DNA from: a virus
Lineage: Duplodnaviria > Caudoviricetes
Virus record (IMG/VR): IMGVR_UViG_3300029288_000063
Location: 1-64,000 of that record
Length of the DNA: 64,000 nucleotides
Strand: one strand, 5' to 3'
Shown: piece by piece, positions 46,420-56,665 of the stretch
How positions within the stretch are numbered: the first letter of the stretch is position 1
How the letters are laid out: each line of letters begins with the position of its first letter
Translations under genes and position numbers: made by a program
The notes under the pieces: model-generated
Databases searched by the model: none
The model's input: only the letters and a program-made list of their open reading frames with translations
Told to the model about the DNA's origin: nothing

Positions 46420-47100
46420 ATGAACTTTGCTAGGTTTACGGCACCAGAGCCAGATTCGGAACACCTGTTCTTGCCGGGGAAAACATACATTCTCGACAAT
46501 GTTGTTCGTGGTGTGGAGATTGGCGATAATGCTGCCATCCTTGTCGGAGGTCGTCGCGTCGAGGTTGGTTTTTCCGACAAGCGGTTTCGGTTTTCTGCCG
46601 AGTCGTATGCCGTTTGGCTTGGCTCCGGACCGCGTCTTGGCGATACGCCGGGCACGGTCGTCCTCGTGGACGGTGTTGATGAGGATGGGTTGTATGTTGC
46701 CGGGAAGGGTTTTGTTCAGGCGAAGAACCTTCTTCTTGTTGACCGTTTGATTTTGTTGCCCGGTGTGTGGGTGATGGATAGGTATAATGAGAAGTGGTCA
46801 CGGATTGTCGTCGTGGATAGTTCCGACGCCATATCGGTGACAATCAATACGGCGAAAAGGCGTCCATTGTCTGAATTTGTGTTCCCCGTTTGTGGGGGTA
46901 GAATTCTTGATGTTCCCCGAGTTGTATGCCAAGATGCGTTCCTTGCGGAAGAAGGTCTTGAGGAGGGCAAGTTGTATCCTCTTGAGCAGGGTTGGCCGGG
47001 CGGCGCGGGGACGGTTGTTGTAACGGTGGAAGATTCACATGAAAAAGCTCTCGCGAACAGATTTTTGTGGGAAAATTGCAAAAAATCACACGAAGCATAG
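46420..47100 (+). CDS. Hypothetical protein
   Basis: ORF in operon context. Confidence 0.55.
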   Translation: MNFARFTAPEPDSEHLFLPGKTYILDNVVRGVEIGDNAAILVGGRRVEVGFSDKRFRFSAESYAVWLGSGPRLGDTPGTVVLVDGVDEDGLYVAGKGFVQAKNLLLVDRLILLPGVWVMDRYNEKWSRIVVVDSSDAISVTINTAKRRPLSEFVFPVCGGRILDVPRVVCQDAFLAEEGLEEGKLYPLEQGWPGGAGTVVVTVEDSHEKALANRFLWENCKKSHEA

Positions 47101-47162
47101 CCAGAAAATCTCAGGCTCCCCGATAGTCCTCTGTTGCGATAAAACCCCCAAGGAGGATTGAG

Positions 47163-48350
47163 ATGCCTATTAGCGACGCGGAAGTCAACGAACTCTACGA
47201 AAAAATCAACACGCTTCTCGGAGATTCCGATGAGGTAGAAATCAGCGACGCCGGTGTTATCGAGAAGCTTGGCGGACTGATGAAGCGTCGTCTTGCCGAG
47301 AAGGGCATCGTGGTAAAGGGTCTGGACAAGGACAAGGGTGTTGTGCGGTTTTCCCGCACGTCGATGACGACCAAGTCCCACGCGAGTCCCGTGTCGAAGA
47401 TGTCTGTTGCCGAAACGACTGTTCCGGCGGACGCCGCCGATATGACGAAGCACAGTCTGTATCTTCCGCCCAACTACAAGCGCATCAAGTCCCTGTTGGA
47501 AGACAATGTTCCGGCTGTGCCGTTCTTTATTGGCCCGGCTGGTTGTGCCAAGACGACAATCGCCGAGCACCTGTCGAAGGAACTTGGTCTGAAATACTTC
47601 GGGTTCTCGTGCACCCCGCAGACCCAAATCGTCCACATGATGGGTAAGACCGAGTTGGTAACGGATAAGGCGTCCGGTCAGTCGGTCACCAAGTTCGTGA
47701 TGGGCTCCGTCCTTCAGGCGGCGACGTGCGGGTTGGACGAGGAAGGCAATGAGGTTGGTTCCGCAGGTCTCCTGTGTCTCGACGAGTTCGGTTCGCTGGA
47801 TGAAGGCACTGCCCTGTTGTTCAATGGGTTCTGGACGGAAGAAGCACGCCGGAAGATTACGTACGAGGGAAAGACATACCACTGCCACTCGAAGTTCCGC
47901 GTGGTTCTGACCGGCAACAACGCTGGGCGCGGCAACAACTCCATGACCCAGTCGGTCTATACCGCCCAGTCGACCATGAAGGACGCGTCGACCCTCGACC
48001 GTATCTATCCGTTCCGCTTCGGGTATATGGTTGACGCGGAGCAGAAGATTATGCTTCAGCGTACCCACGATGACGACTTTGTTGCCAAGATGACCCAGTT
48101 CGCGGCGAACATCCGCAGCGCAATCAAATCGGGCGAGTGCCAGACGCCGTTCACGACCCGTACGTTGGTCAAGGTTGCGAATGCGTACCGCGTGTGGGGT
48201 GATATCGGTTACGCTATCCGCAACGCGGTTTACGACGGTCTGGCGTCTGAACAGGAACGCGCCGTGTATGCGACAGCTTCACAGACCTGCCTCGGCATCG
48301 ACCTTGCCAAGAAGGCGAACGATGGTGGGAAAATCGAGTACATGGACTAA
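47163..48350 (+). CDS. CobS/MoxR-like AAA+ ATPase
   Basis: IGPAGCAKT, LCLDEF, LTGN, STLDR, R.L. Confidence 0.85.
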   Translation: MPISDAEVNELYEKINTLLGDSDEVEISDAGVIEKLGGLMKRRLAEKGIVVKGLDKDKGVVRFSRTSMTTKSHASPVSKMSVAETTVPADAADMTKHSLYLPPNYKRIKSLLEDNVPAVPFFIGPAGCAKTTIAEHLSKELGLKYFGFSCTPQTQIVHMMGKTELVTDKASGQSVTKFVMGSVLQAATCGLDEEGNEVGSAGLLCLDEFGSLDEGTALLFNGFWTEEARRKITYEGKTYHCHSKFRVVLTGNNAGRGNNSMTQSVYTAQSTMKDASTLDRIYPFRFGYMVDAEQKIMLQRTHDDDFVAKMTQFAANIRSAIKSGECQTPFTTRTLVKVANAYRVWGDIGYAIRNAVYDGLASEQERAVYATASQTCLGIDLAKKANDGGKIEYMD

Positions 48351-48362
48351 GGAGGGGAACCA

Positions 48363-48629
48363 GTGGATGATAAATTTTTGAAAGGCGTTGTCAAGTTTCG
48401 AGAAGACGTGAAGCGGCTTTTCAACATGACGCGTCGAGATATCCTTGAGTATGTTCTTGTTCCATATGGTCTCATTTCTGTTGATGTTATTGCGTTTGAT
48501 TATGAGCTGCATAAGCGGCATGGCGACTACGAAAAAGACGGCATGTCCATGATGGCTGTTGTCCGTAAGGAATACGGCGAGGAGGCTGCAAAATGGCTGA
48601 AGGATAACGTGGAGACAAACCAGTCGTGA
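48363..48629 (+). CDS. Hypothetical protein
   Basis: aaggaggg SD. Confidence 0.55.
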   Translation: MDDKFLKGVVKFREDVKRLFNMTRRDILEYVLVPYGLISVDVIAFDYELHKRHGDYEKDGMSMMAVVRKEYGEEAAKWLKDNVETNQS

Positions 48630-48743
48630 ATTGTTGCCCAGCATGATTGCCTATTGTTACCAGTGTGGCGATAAGGTTGGTCGTATCTGTGATGGTGTGT
48701 TTGTTCCGAAAAAAACCAAAAACTCTTGACTGGAGGCATCAAC

Positions 48744-49220
48744 ATGCGATATGCTGTGAAGTGGCAAGATGGCGACGTTGTCCGTTATGGCGTTGTATAT
48801 GACAAGGCTGTCAATGGAGTTGTTACTGTGTATGATGCCGTATTGCCCGTTTCCTATGAGGTCCGTGAATCCATCCTTGTGGATATCGAGATGAAGATGG
48901 GTCGGTACGATTTCAAGACTGGTGAGTGGAGTGGGCAGGACGAGTTCCACGCCTTTATTACCAGTGAACACAAAAAGGCTGTCGAGTTGTCTGATTCGCT
49001 TCCCGAAGGGGTGTTTGTTGGGAAGGCGTTCTCGGTTGGTGTTGGTGACGGCTCGGCGTGGTATGTTGTCACCAAGGTTGGCAAGCGGAAGTGTTCGGTG
49101 GAATGGCGTGGGTTTTGCCCCGACCGTTACTTCGCGCCTGTTTTGGGGAGTGGCGGCTCGTTTGCGATTTCTTCAATCCGTCCGATGATTCGGAGCTTTT
49201 CGTTGACCCCTTTCCGTTGA
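48744..49220 (+). CDS. Hypothetical phage protein
   Basis: ggagg SD; VGDGSAWYVV. Confidence 0.6.
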   Translation: MRYAVKWQDGDVVRYGVVYDKAVNGVVTVYDAVLPVSYEVRESILVDIEMKMGRYDFKTGEWSGQDEFHAFITSEHKKAVELSDSLPEGVFVGKAFSVGVGDGSAWYVVTKVGKRKCSVEWRGFCPDRYFAPVLGSGGSFAISSIRPMIRSFSLTPFR

Positions 49221-49221
49221 G

Positions 49222-49539
49222 GTGACTATGTTTGTAAACCGCTATCAGATTTACGAAATGAAAGGTCGTCGTGTTCGTGCGATGATTCCACCGCGTTTCG
49301 GCGGAGGCGATGTCACCGGAGACGTTGTCAATGTTTACCGGGATGTTGCCAAGAAAACCATTTCCATCAAGTTCTCCGAACAAGAGTTGGTTTTCCGTGA
49401 ACCGACCGATGTCGTGTGTGATGGTAACATGGTCTCATTCGTTTACAAAGAGAGTGTCGAAAGCGTTGAGCAGGATGGAGAACTCGTAGAAGCAGAGCCA
49501 GTTGTCGTGGCTGTTGTTTCTTTTGAAATTTTGACATGA
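49222..49539 (+). CDS. Hypothetical protein
   Basis: Coupled ORF. Confidence 0.55.
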   Translation: MTMFVNRYQIYEMKGRRVRAMIPPRFGGGDVTGDVVNVYRDVAKKTISIKFSEQELVFREPTDVVCDGNMVSFVYKESVESVEQDGELVEAEPVVVAVVSFEILT

Positions 49540-49618
49540 ATTCTTCAGGATTTTTTCTTTCGGCGGACGATGGTGTATTGTGCGGGAAATAGTTCCCGCC
49601 GCCAAAGGAGAAAAGACC

Positions 49619-50539
49619 ATGATTGCCGACCTGATGAATGCCGTCGAAAAGTTCCGCGCCACCCCCGCCCCCGTGTTCGGTGGTCTCGTCGCTTGGGACC
49701 TCCCCGTTGCCGGTGAAAAGACCCTGATTGATATTCGTGAAGCCCTTGTGCGTGTCGGTCTGTCGTCCGAAATGATGCCGGAACGAAGCCACCGCGAGAC
49801 GATGTCACTCGCCATCGAACTCTTCGAAGCCAAGCATGACAATTCCATGCTCGTCCGCAAAATCCGCGATGACGCCTCCAGCATCGTCTACGGTGTGGTC
49901 GACGAGAAGAAGGACAAGGCGAACGACAAGCTGCGTTACAGCCAGAAGACCACCATCAACATGAATAAGGACACCGGTCACCTGATTGGAGAAGGACCGC
50001 ACTTCGACGAGTTCGTCGACCAGTTCCGCTGGGTTCAGACCCATGCCCTACCCGTCGACCTCCAGAAGATTATGCGTCAGGTCGTCTACATGGTTCGTGG
50101 TATCGCCTATCGTCACGGCGGCGGCACCTACTTCTATGCCGCGAGCGACAAGAATGTCGCGCTGGTATCGGCGGCGGTGGAGTTTGTTCGGTTGCTCGGG
50201 CTGACCCCGTCCCACGTCAGCAACGTCCCACTGAGCGGTGGACCGATTCAGAAGGCGGAAATCTTCCACGTTGCCAAGGAAGAAATCAAGAAGCAAATCG
50301 AAGGCATCCGCAAGGCGGCGGATAACGTCACGAAGCGGGCTTCGAGCCTGTCGAACCACGAGGGGCAGCTCAAGGATGTTGAAGAGCTGATGGAATACTA
50401 CATGACGCTGACCTCGATGGAAGAGACCGAGGAAAATCGCGAAGCGGAAGCCAAGGCACTCCGCGAGATGATTTCCGAGACCGAACTCTTCATCTCCAAG
50501 AAGATGGCTGAGGTCGAAAGCCTTCGCAAGACCGCGTAA
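49619..50539 (+). CDS. Hypothetical protein, possibly DUF6744/DUF3150-like
   Basis: G.LVAW...R.GGGTYF motif; C-terminal coiled coil; aaggag SD. Confidence 0.55.
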   Translation: MIADLMNAVEKFRATPAPVFGGLVAWDLPVAGEKTLIDIREALVRVGLSSEMMPERSHRETMSLAIELFEAKHDNSMLVRKIRDDASSIVYGVVDEKKDKANDKLRYSQKTTINMNKDTGHLIGEGPHFDEFVDQFRWVQTHALPVDLQKIMRQVVYMVRGIAYRHGGGTYFYAASDKNVALVSAAVEFVRLLGLTPSHVSNVPLSGGPIQKAEIFHVAKEEIKKQIEGIRKAADNVTKRASSLSNHEGQLKDVEELMEYYMTLTSMEETEENREAEAKALREMISETELFISKKMAEVESLRKTA

Positions 50540-50564
50540 TTCAGGCGATTCTGAATACGGTGGC

Positions 50565-50596
50565 AAACAGGGACGAAAACTCGTCCCTGTTTTTTT
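50565..50596 (+). terminator. Rho-independent terminator
   Basis: aaacagggacga / tcgtccctgttt followed by T-run. Confidence 0.85.
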
Positions 50597-50966
50597 GTAA
50601 ATATATATTGACAAAGGATGCTGCGTTGATATATTGTAAAATTGAGCGTATCCTTTTATAAGGGGTTATTGTTGTGTCTGATAGGTTGTTGTCGGAAGTG
50701 AAAAAAAGACTGTTGCAGGACGACGTCATAGTTGTTGTGGTGTCGCCCTCCGGTCGTATTGTGGATGTGAAAGCTGACCAACCACTACCGCGCATACCGC
50801 GTGGTGGTCGTTTGTTTTCGTTGTTGCTTGGTTCCGGCAAAGTTGTCGAGGCTGACTTGTCCCTTTAGTCGCCTGTTTGTTGTCGTGTATGAATCGCCCT
50901 CGGAATTTTCCCGAGGGTTTTTCGTTTGTGTGTATAATCCTATGATTGGCTTTTTTGGGAGTTTGA

Positions 50967-51602
50967 TTGATGGAAGACATCGTTGCGGTGATAAGTGCCC
51001 GGCGCAAAGAGCTGGAGCGAAAGAAAAATGAGAACAACCTGATTCAGCGTCAGGTTGACGACAGGCATGTGAAAATGAAGGCGTCCGCCGCAGACCTCCT
51101 CTTGGGTCAGGAAGCCCTACAATTCCTTGAGGACGTCGCAAACAGTCGCAGGGGTGCAATGCGCGGGCGTATTGAGCAAATCGTATCAGAAGCCCTGAGG
51201 TTGGTTTACAGCCCGAATTTTGGCGTTGAACTGACCTATGACGTCAAGAACAATCGAAGCTTCATGGATGTCCGTGTTGTTATCCAAACCGATATTGGTG
51301 AGGTGAAGCGTACTATGGAGGGGTTCGGTGGTGGGGTGTCTGACACTATTTCCATTCCGCTGCGGTTGCTCGTTTTGCTTGGAAGCCGGAAAACGGACTT
51401 GATTTGTGTGTTGGATGAGGCGTATAAACATGCAGGTCTTGACCAGATTGAAAACATTGCCCAGTTTCTTTCTGAAGTCTCTCGTATGCTTGGGGTTCAA
51501 ATAGTCCTTTGCAGTCATCATGAAGCTATGTATGGGTACGCGGACAAGACGTTTGATGTGAAGTTTGATGGTTCGAAATCTGTTGTTTCTCCAATGGAGT
51601 AG
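50967..51602 (+). CDS. C-terminal half of a Rad50/SbcC-like ABC ATPase (stand-alone)
   Basis: Coiled coil, signature GFGGG, Walker B VLDEA, H-loop CSHH; no Walker A. Confidence 0.75.
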   Translation: MMEDIVAVISARRKELERKKNENNLIQRQVDDRHVKMKASAADLLLGQEALQFLEDVANSRRGAMRGRIEQIVSEALRLVYSPNFGVELTYDVKNNRSFMDVRVVIQTDIGEVKRTMEGFGGGVSDTISIPLRLLVLLGSRKTDLICVLDEAYKHAGLDQIENIAQFLSEVSRMLGVQIVLCSHHEAMYGYADKTFDVKFDGSKSVVSPME

Positions 51603-51920
51603 TCAGTTTTTTCGTTTTCCCCCGATGTTGTGTTAGGAGGAAAACCCATGACGACCTGTGTTCAAACGAAAAAAAAGGCAAAAAAGGCTCCGACAATAAG
51701 TCTGCACGTGAAATCCGTTCGTCGCGTCCGTCCGACCTTCTCCATTCCGAACAAATGGGGTTCTATGACCTCCTTGATTCATTGGGGCGAGAAGGAATGA
51801 TAAATCAGGGATGCAAGGATGTCGTCTGACGTTGTTGTGTGTCTGGATGTGTCACGCGTGGAATGGATGTTTTTCGACGAGTTGTCTGTTTGATTGTGAG
51901 CGTGTTGTATTGGAGAAAAA

Positions 51921-52193
51921 ATGAATCGTGACTTTTCCGACCTTGACCCAAGGTTCACGCCGTTTTTTGAATCGGGAGAACGTGTCGAGGTAACGTGGAA
52001 GCCGGGGTTTGAGGATTACACCGGGTACGGGCTTCGTACCGACGGGAGAAAGTCTCGGTTTTGGGTTGGTCGGTCGACCGGACGGAAGCCGGTGTACCTG
52101 ATGGTTCTGACCAAGAGGAGCCTTGGTGGCGGGGCGATTTGTTCGAGTGCCGTCGAGTCTGTTTGTGGTACTGGCGTTTTCAGGAGGGTATGA
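51921..52193 (+). CDS. Hypothetical phage protein
   Basis: RFWVGRSTG.KPVYL...RS.GG. Confidence 0.6.
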   Translation: MNRDFSDLDPRFTPFFESGERVEVTWKPGFEDYTGYGLRTDGRKSRFWVGRSTGRKPVYLMVLTKRSLGGGAICSSAVESVCGTGVFRRV

Positions 52194-52588
52194 ATATGGA
52201 TTTGGACGAATTTGTCGCCGAGCAAAAACGGCGCATTGAAGAGTTCGAAAAGTTTTGGCGTGAAAACAACAAAAGAGACCCCAAAGCGTTTCCTATTAAA
52301 CTCAGTAAGGAGAATACGGGGTTGTGGTACGAACAGTTTCAGTTGTTTGACGAATAGGGGGAATCTTGAAAAGGTTGCCGTGTACTGTGAAGCAGATGTG
52401 TAAGATGCTTCGTTCCGGTATGTCGCCGGATGACGTCGTTGCGTGTTTCGACCATGAGGACGCGGATGTTGTTAGCGACATTTTTTCCAAAGCGCACAAA
52501 ATGGCATCGCACAAAGAAAGACGGGATAAAACCCAGCGAGAAGACGTATAGTTCTTTACTTCTGTATTTGTTTTCAAAAGGAATTGCT

Positions 52589-55189
52589 ATGTCTAAAAGC
52601 AAAGAGGTGAATCAGCGAGACCTGTCTTATAGTGGTTGTTACGGGTCTGTCGTGTCGTATGCCGAGGTTGGTGAGTTTCTGCAAACCAGTTTCCATATGA
52701 ACCGGCTCGCCGAAGAGCACGGTGACTCGCGTTATGCCGCCTGTATTTGGGGACACCCCGGTATTGGGAAATGTGTGTCTGGAGACACACTGGTTAAAAC
52801 ACAACATGGGGTTGTTGAGATTGCATCGTTATTCGATGGCATAGAGAAAGAGGGGTTCTACCCTGTCTCTGATTTGTTTTTGGCAACGAGGAAAGGGGCG
52901 GAACCTGTAAAGTCACTGTATTTTTCCGGCCGGAAAAAAGCTATCCGTATTAAAACAGACTTCGGTCGAGAACTTGTCGGGAGTGAAATTCACCCAGTTC
53001 TCTGTGCTTCTGATAATTTCCGTTGGAAGACCTTGAGTGAAATCTGTATTGGTGATTTTGTTGTAGTTCGTGGATTTCCTCTTGATTCACAGAACTGTTC
53101 TCTTCCTGCGTTTCCGTCTCCTCGTCCGAGACAGAAATCTGATTTTTCAATTCCGAAGAAAATGAATCCGGACCTCGCGTTCATCCTTGGGTGTCTTGTT
53201 GGTGAAGGGAGTGTCTCTGGAGACATCATCGCCTTTACTCAAGCCAAAGATAAGTTGTTGGCCTCTGCTTTTGTTAAGAAGTTCAAGAGTTTGTTTGGTG
53301 TTGGTGTTTCCGAGGAACATGATAGGCGTACAGAAAACACCTACAACTTTCGTTGTTTTCGCTCCTTGCTTCGTCATTGGCTTGAATTGATTGGATTGGG
53401 TCGTGTTTGTTCGTCGAACAAAGAAATACCTTGGAGTGTTCTGTGTTCCTCCGCTACATCGCAAAAGTCGTTTCTAAAGGCACTTTACGAAGGGGAAGGG
53501 ACGAACGAGGTGTGTGGTATTTCGTTGTCGTCTGCCTCGAAGCGTTTGCTTGAACAAGTCTCGACCATCCTTCTTGGGTTCGGAATTCAAGCTTCGTTAT
53601 CGTTTCGGGTGGTTGATGGAACTACCTATTGGAATCTTCTTTGCAGTGGGGAAAATGGACGCCTGTTGAATGAATTGATTGGATTTAGCAGGGCTTCCGG
53701 TAAGTGGACGAAGGTAGTTGGTTCGAATCCCAATAAGGGAGGGGTTCCGGCAAAGATAGCTTGTGAAATGTTGTTGTCCATGAAGGATAGTCATTTGAAT
53801 AATGGCGGGAAATTGTCGAAGAAGATGATTCACTCGTCTCCTCTCAACAAGATTTACAACCAGAAACATCTGCCGCAGATTCTTTCTGTCACGCTGGTCG
53901 AAAAGATTATGAAAATCTTCAATAAAGCAAGTAACGAGACACGCTCTGTTGTTGAAGATTTGCTTCGGTCAAAGTACGAGCGTGTTGTGTCTGTTGAAGT
54001 TGTTGATGATTTGCCTCTTTACGATGTGACAATGGACACAGAAGAGCATGAGTTTTTGTCGAACGGATTCGTTTCCCACAATACCGCAATCGTGAAACAG
54101 CTCGCCAAATGTCCGGTCGAATGGAATGGGAAAATGTATCCCGGATATCACGTGTCCGACGTTCCCGTTGCACAGTTCGAGGAAATGGGCGACCTGCACG
54201 GTATCCCGATGGACTGTGTGCTGATGCGCCAGCCGTCGAAGAAGGATGCCGGTGAGTTCATCACCCAGTGGGTTGCGCAGAAAGACCAGATTATCCACAC
54301 CTACCTTGCCAATGGCTGGGAGATTGATACATCGGTGCAGCCGACCACAAGGTATGCCCCGCCGGATTGGGTTCCGACCACACCCGGACCATCCATCGTT
54401 CTGTTTGACGATTGGAATCGTCCGTCTCTTCGTGTTATCAAGGGTATGATGCAGCTCCTGCAAAACTTCGGCATGGTGTCGTGGAAGCTGCCTCTCGGCT
54501 GCAATATCGTTCTGACAGGTAACCCCGATGAACAGGACTATCTCGTCACATCAATCGACACGGCGATTGTGACCCGTATTCGCCATATTACCCTGAAGGA
54601 AGACATGGCGGAGTGGGCTGTGTGGGCTGAGGCGTCCGGACTGGATGCCCGTGGGATTTCCTATGCCCTGCGTTATCCGGAAATGATTACCGGTATCGGT
54701 CGTGAGCGCACCAACCCGCGTACATTTTCGGAGTTTTGCCGGTTCATGCGGCATATTGGCACCGAAGACAAGGAACGCCTGATTCGGCATGGCATGTCGT
54801 TGTTGGACGAACAAACCGTGTCGAACATCATCGTGTTCTTCGAACGTGAGCTTGAACTTGTTATCGAGCCGGATGAAATTCTTGCAGGTGACGATTCCGC
54901 GTTCAAGGCGATTGAGAACCTGATGTCGCGCAAGGAACCCCGTGTGGATATTCTTGGGGTTATCTGTGAACGCCTGTTTGCCCGTATTGTCCAGCCGGGA
55001 TTTACCATCGAGAAGCCGAAGGTGGCGAACTTCCACAGGTTCCTCGAAATGGATTGTGTTCCCGAGGACGTGCGTTATGGGTTGTGTCACCGCATCACCA
55101 AGCGTGGCAGTCCAGAGTTGAACAGGTGGCTTGTTGGCTCGAAAAAGCTCCAGAAAATTATCGCCTCCACGCTTCGCCTTCCTGCTTGA
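52589..55189 (+). CDS. MoxR-like AAA ATPase interrupted by an intein
   Basis: IWGHPGIGK|intein|TAIV; LFDDWNR, LTGNP, R, NPRT. Confidence 0.85.
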   Translation: MSKSKEVNQRDLSYSGCYGSVVSYAEVGEFLQTSFHMNRLAEEHGDSRYAACIWGHPGIGKCVSGDTLVKTQHGVVEIASLFDGIEKEGFYPVSDLFLATRKGAEPVKSLYFSGRKKAIRIKTDFGRELVGSEIHPVLCASDNFRWKTLSEICIGDFVVVRGFPLDSQNCSLPAFPSPRPRQKSDFSIPKKMNPDLAFILGCLVGEGSVSGDIIAFTQAKDKLLASAFVKKFKSLFGVGVSEEHDRRTENTYNFRCFRSLLRHWLELIGLGRVCSSNKEIPWSVLCSSATSQKSFLKALYEGEGTNEVCGISLSSASKRLLEQVSTILLGFGIQASLSFRVVDGTTYWNLLCSGENGRLLNELIGFSRASGKWTKVVGSNPNKGGVPAKIACEMLLSMKDSHLNNGGKLSKKMIHSSPLNKIYNQKHLPQILSVTLVEKIMKIFNKASNETRSVVEDLLRSKYERVVSVEVVDDLPLYDVTMDTEEHEFLSNGFVSHNTAIVKQLAKCPVEWNGKMYPGYHVSDVPVAQFEEMGDLHGIPMDCVLMRQPSKKDAGEFITQWVAQKDQIIHTYLANGWEIDTSVQPTTRYAPPDWVPTTPGPSIVLFDDWNRPSLRVIKGMMQLLQNFGMVSWKLPLGCNIVLTGNPDEQDYLVTSIDTAIVTRIRHITLKEDMAEWAVWAEASGLDARGISYALRYPEMITGIGRERTNPRTFSEFCRFMRHIGTEDKERLIRHGMSLLDEQTVSNIIVFFERELELVIEPDEILAGDDSAFKAIENLMSRKEPRVDILGVICERLFARIVQPGFTIEKPKVANFHRFLEMDCVPEDVRYGLCHRITKRGSPELNRWLVGSKKLQKIIASTLRLPA
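52772..54082 (+). mobile_element. Contiguous intein (437 aa) with LAGLIDADG homing endonuclease, inserted in Walker A
   Basis: Starts CVSGDT; LGCLVGEG and FLKALYEGEG blocks; ends YDVT...H.FLSNGFVSHN|T. Confidence 0.9.
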
Positions 55190-55270
55190 TTTTTTTGCCA
55201 GTTTTTCTGTTGTCTCCCGATGGTCTTGTATACGGCGATGGTGTCGTACACAAGACTGTTGGAGGCAATT

Positions 55271-55693
55271 ATGGATATCAGCTTTCACGGAGTTGAAGAC
55301 GTTTGCTTGCGTCTTTGTTCGTACGGGTCGTCACATTTTGTCGAGATGTCTATTGTGTGTGGCGATAGTACTCCGTACCCCGGTGGACATTTTGTTCTGT
55401 TCTGTGGAGCTGAAGCACCTGTTGTAGAAAAGACGGCGAACTTCCGTCTTAATTCCCTTCCCCTGCTTATTCGTGCGCACGGACTATCTCGTCTTGTCGT
55501 ATCCACTGTTGATTTTTACGAAAAGACCGAGGAGCGCGGCGCGTTTTTCTTGACGACTATTCGTATTTCCCACAGTGACGGTGATGTCCTTGTTATGTTG
55601 TTTTCCGATTCGAAGATTGGCTTCGAAGAGGGCGACGTATTGGCTTTTGTGGAGCAAAAAAATGAGTGCGACATTCATTCCGAAGAAAAATGA
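55271..55693 (+). CDS. Hypothetical protein
   Basis: ggagg SD. Confidence 0.5.
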   Translation: MDISFHGVEDVCLRLCSYGSSHFVEMSIVCGDSTPYPGGHFVLFCGAEAPVVEKTANFRLNSLPLLIRAHGLSRLVVSTVDFYEKTEERGAFFLTTIRISHSDGDVLVMLFSDSKIGFEEGDVLAFVEQKNECDIHSEEK

Positions 55694-56225
55694 CCGCGTT
55701 GAGTGGAGCGATGAAGATGGAAGCGTAAAAACCGGAACTGTGTCGGTTGTTCGTGCTGTTCCCGGGCGTCTTGATATCGTGAAGGTGTTTGTTATTGTTG
55801 ACGGTGGCAAGTTCAAGGTGTCGGGTTCTTCGATGCTGTTTCGTCCGTCGTCGGTTGCCCTTCCCGTTGACCAGCCATCTGCGATGGATAAGTGGGGTGT
55901 TAAGAGCTATCGGTGTATCGGTGTCGACGACACCCCTATTTTCACCTGCAAAATCACCTTGAACGGCAAAAATGTCGGAAGTGCGAAAAACGGCGGATAC
56001 GGTGGACCGAATGAGCATTGGTTTGACACCGTTCAAATCCGCGACTCCTTTTTTTCCGACCTCAAGTTGTGGTGGGAACAGTTCGGTGGGCGGAGCGTGT
56101 ATTCCGTCGACGACCTCTGGCTCGACTGGTTTGTCAATCACAAGAAGTTTGGTCAGACGGCGCAGGAGTACATTTCCGAGTTCAACAACTCGATGGCGCA
56201 GTTCGACAAGGAGAACGCAAAATGA
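55662..56225 (+). CDS. Hypothetical phage protein
   Basis: F...I.LNGK.VG.A.N.G.GG. Confidence 0.6.
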   Translation: MSATFIPKKNDRVEWSDEDGSVKTGTVSVVRAVPGRLDIVKVFVIVDGGKFKVSGSSMLFRPSSVALPVDQPSAMDKWGVKSYRCIGVDDTPIFTCKITLNGKNVGSAKNGGYGGPNEHWFDTVQIRDSFFSDLKLWWEQFGGRSVYSVDDLWLDWFVNHKKFGQTAQEYISEFNNSMAQFDKENAK

Positions 56226-56638
56226 GTACACGTTCGCTTATCGGTGTTCAGGACGACAAAGGCACGGTGACCTACATCTATTGCCACTTCGATGGATATC
56301 CGAGCTGTGTCGGGCATATTCTGCTCAACCACTACCAAGACCCTGTCAAGGTGGAGCAACTGATGGAACTTGGTGACCTGTCGATTCTCGGTGATGATAT
56401 CGGTGAAAAACACAACTTCGATGAATCCCACGATGTTCACCCGACATGGTGTAAGGCGTATGGTCGCGACCGTGGAGAAAAGGATGTCGACGCGAAAAAT
56501 GCCGGAAATAAATCAACTTTTCGCGACAAAGACCAGTGGGCGGAATTCTGGTACCTCTTTATGGATGGCGTGTGGCACTACAGCTATCAAGGTCTGACGT
56601 CGTTTGTTCCATTAACCCCCCAAGACTGTAAGTGTTAG
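56222..56638 (+). CDS. Conserved phage hypothetical protein (MxTR...DGYP family)
   Basis: MSTRS.IG...IYCHFDGYP..VG..L..HY...LGDLS.L...AYGRDRGE. Confidence 0.7.
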   Translation: MSTRSLIGVQDDKGTVTYIYCHFDGYPSCVGHILLNHYQDPVKVEQLMELGDLSILGDDIGEKHNFDESHDVHPTWCKAYGRDRGEKDVDAKNAGNKSTFRDKDQWAEFWYLFMDGVWHYSYQGLTSFVPLTPQDCKC

Positions 56639-56665
56639 CGTTTGTGAAAGTCCATGTGTTTCCGC

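Noticed and set aside
43718-48350. Cobalamin biosynthesis (cobST)
   Set aside because: No cobN or other cob genes; such AAA/vWA pairs are common in large phages, so gene symbols were not assigned
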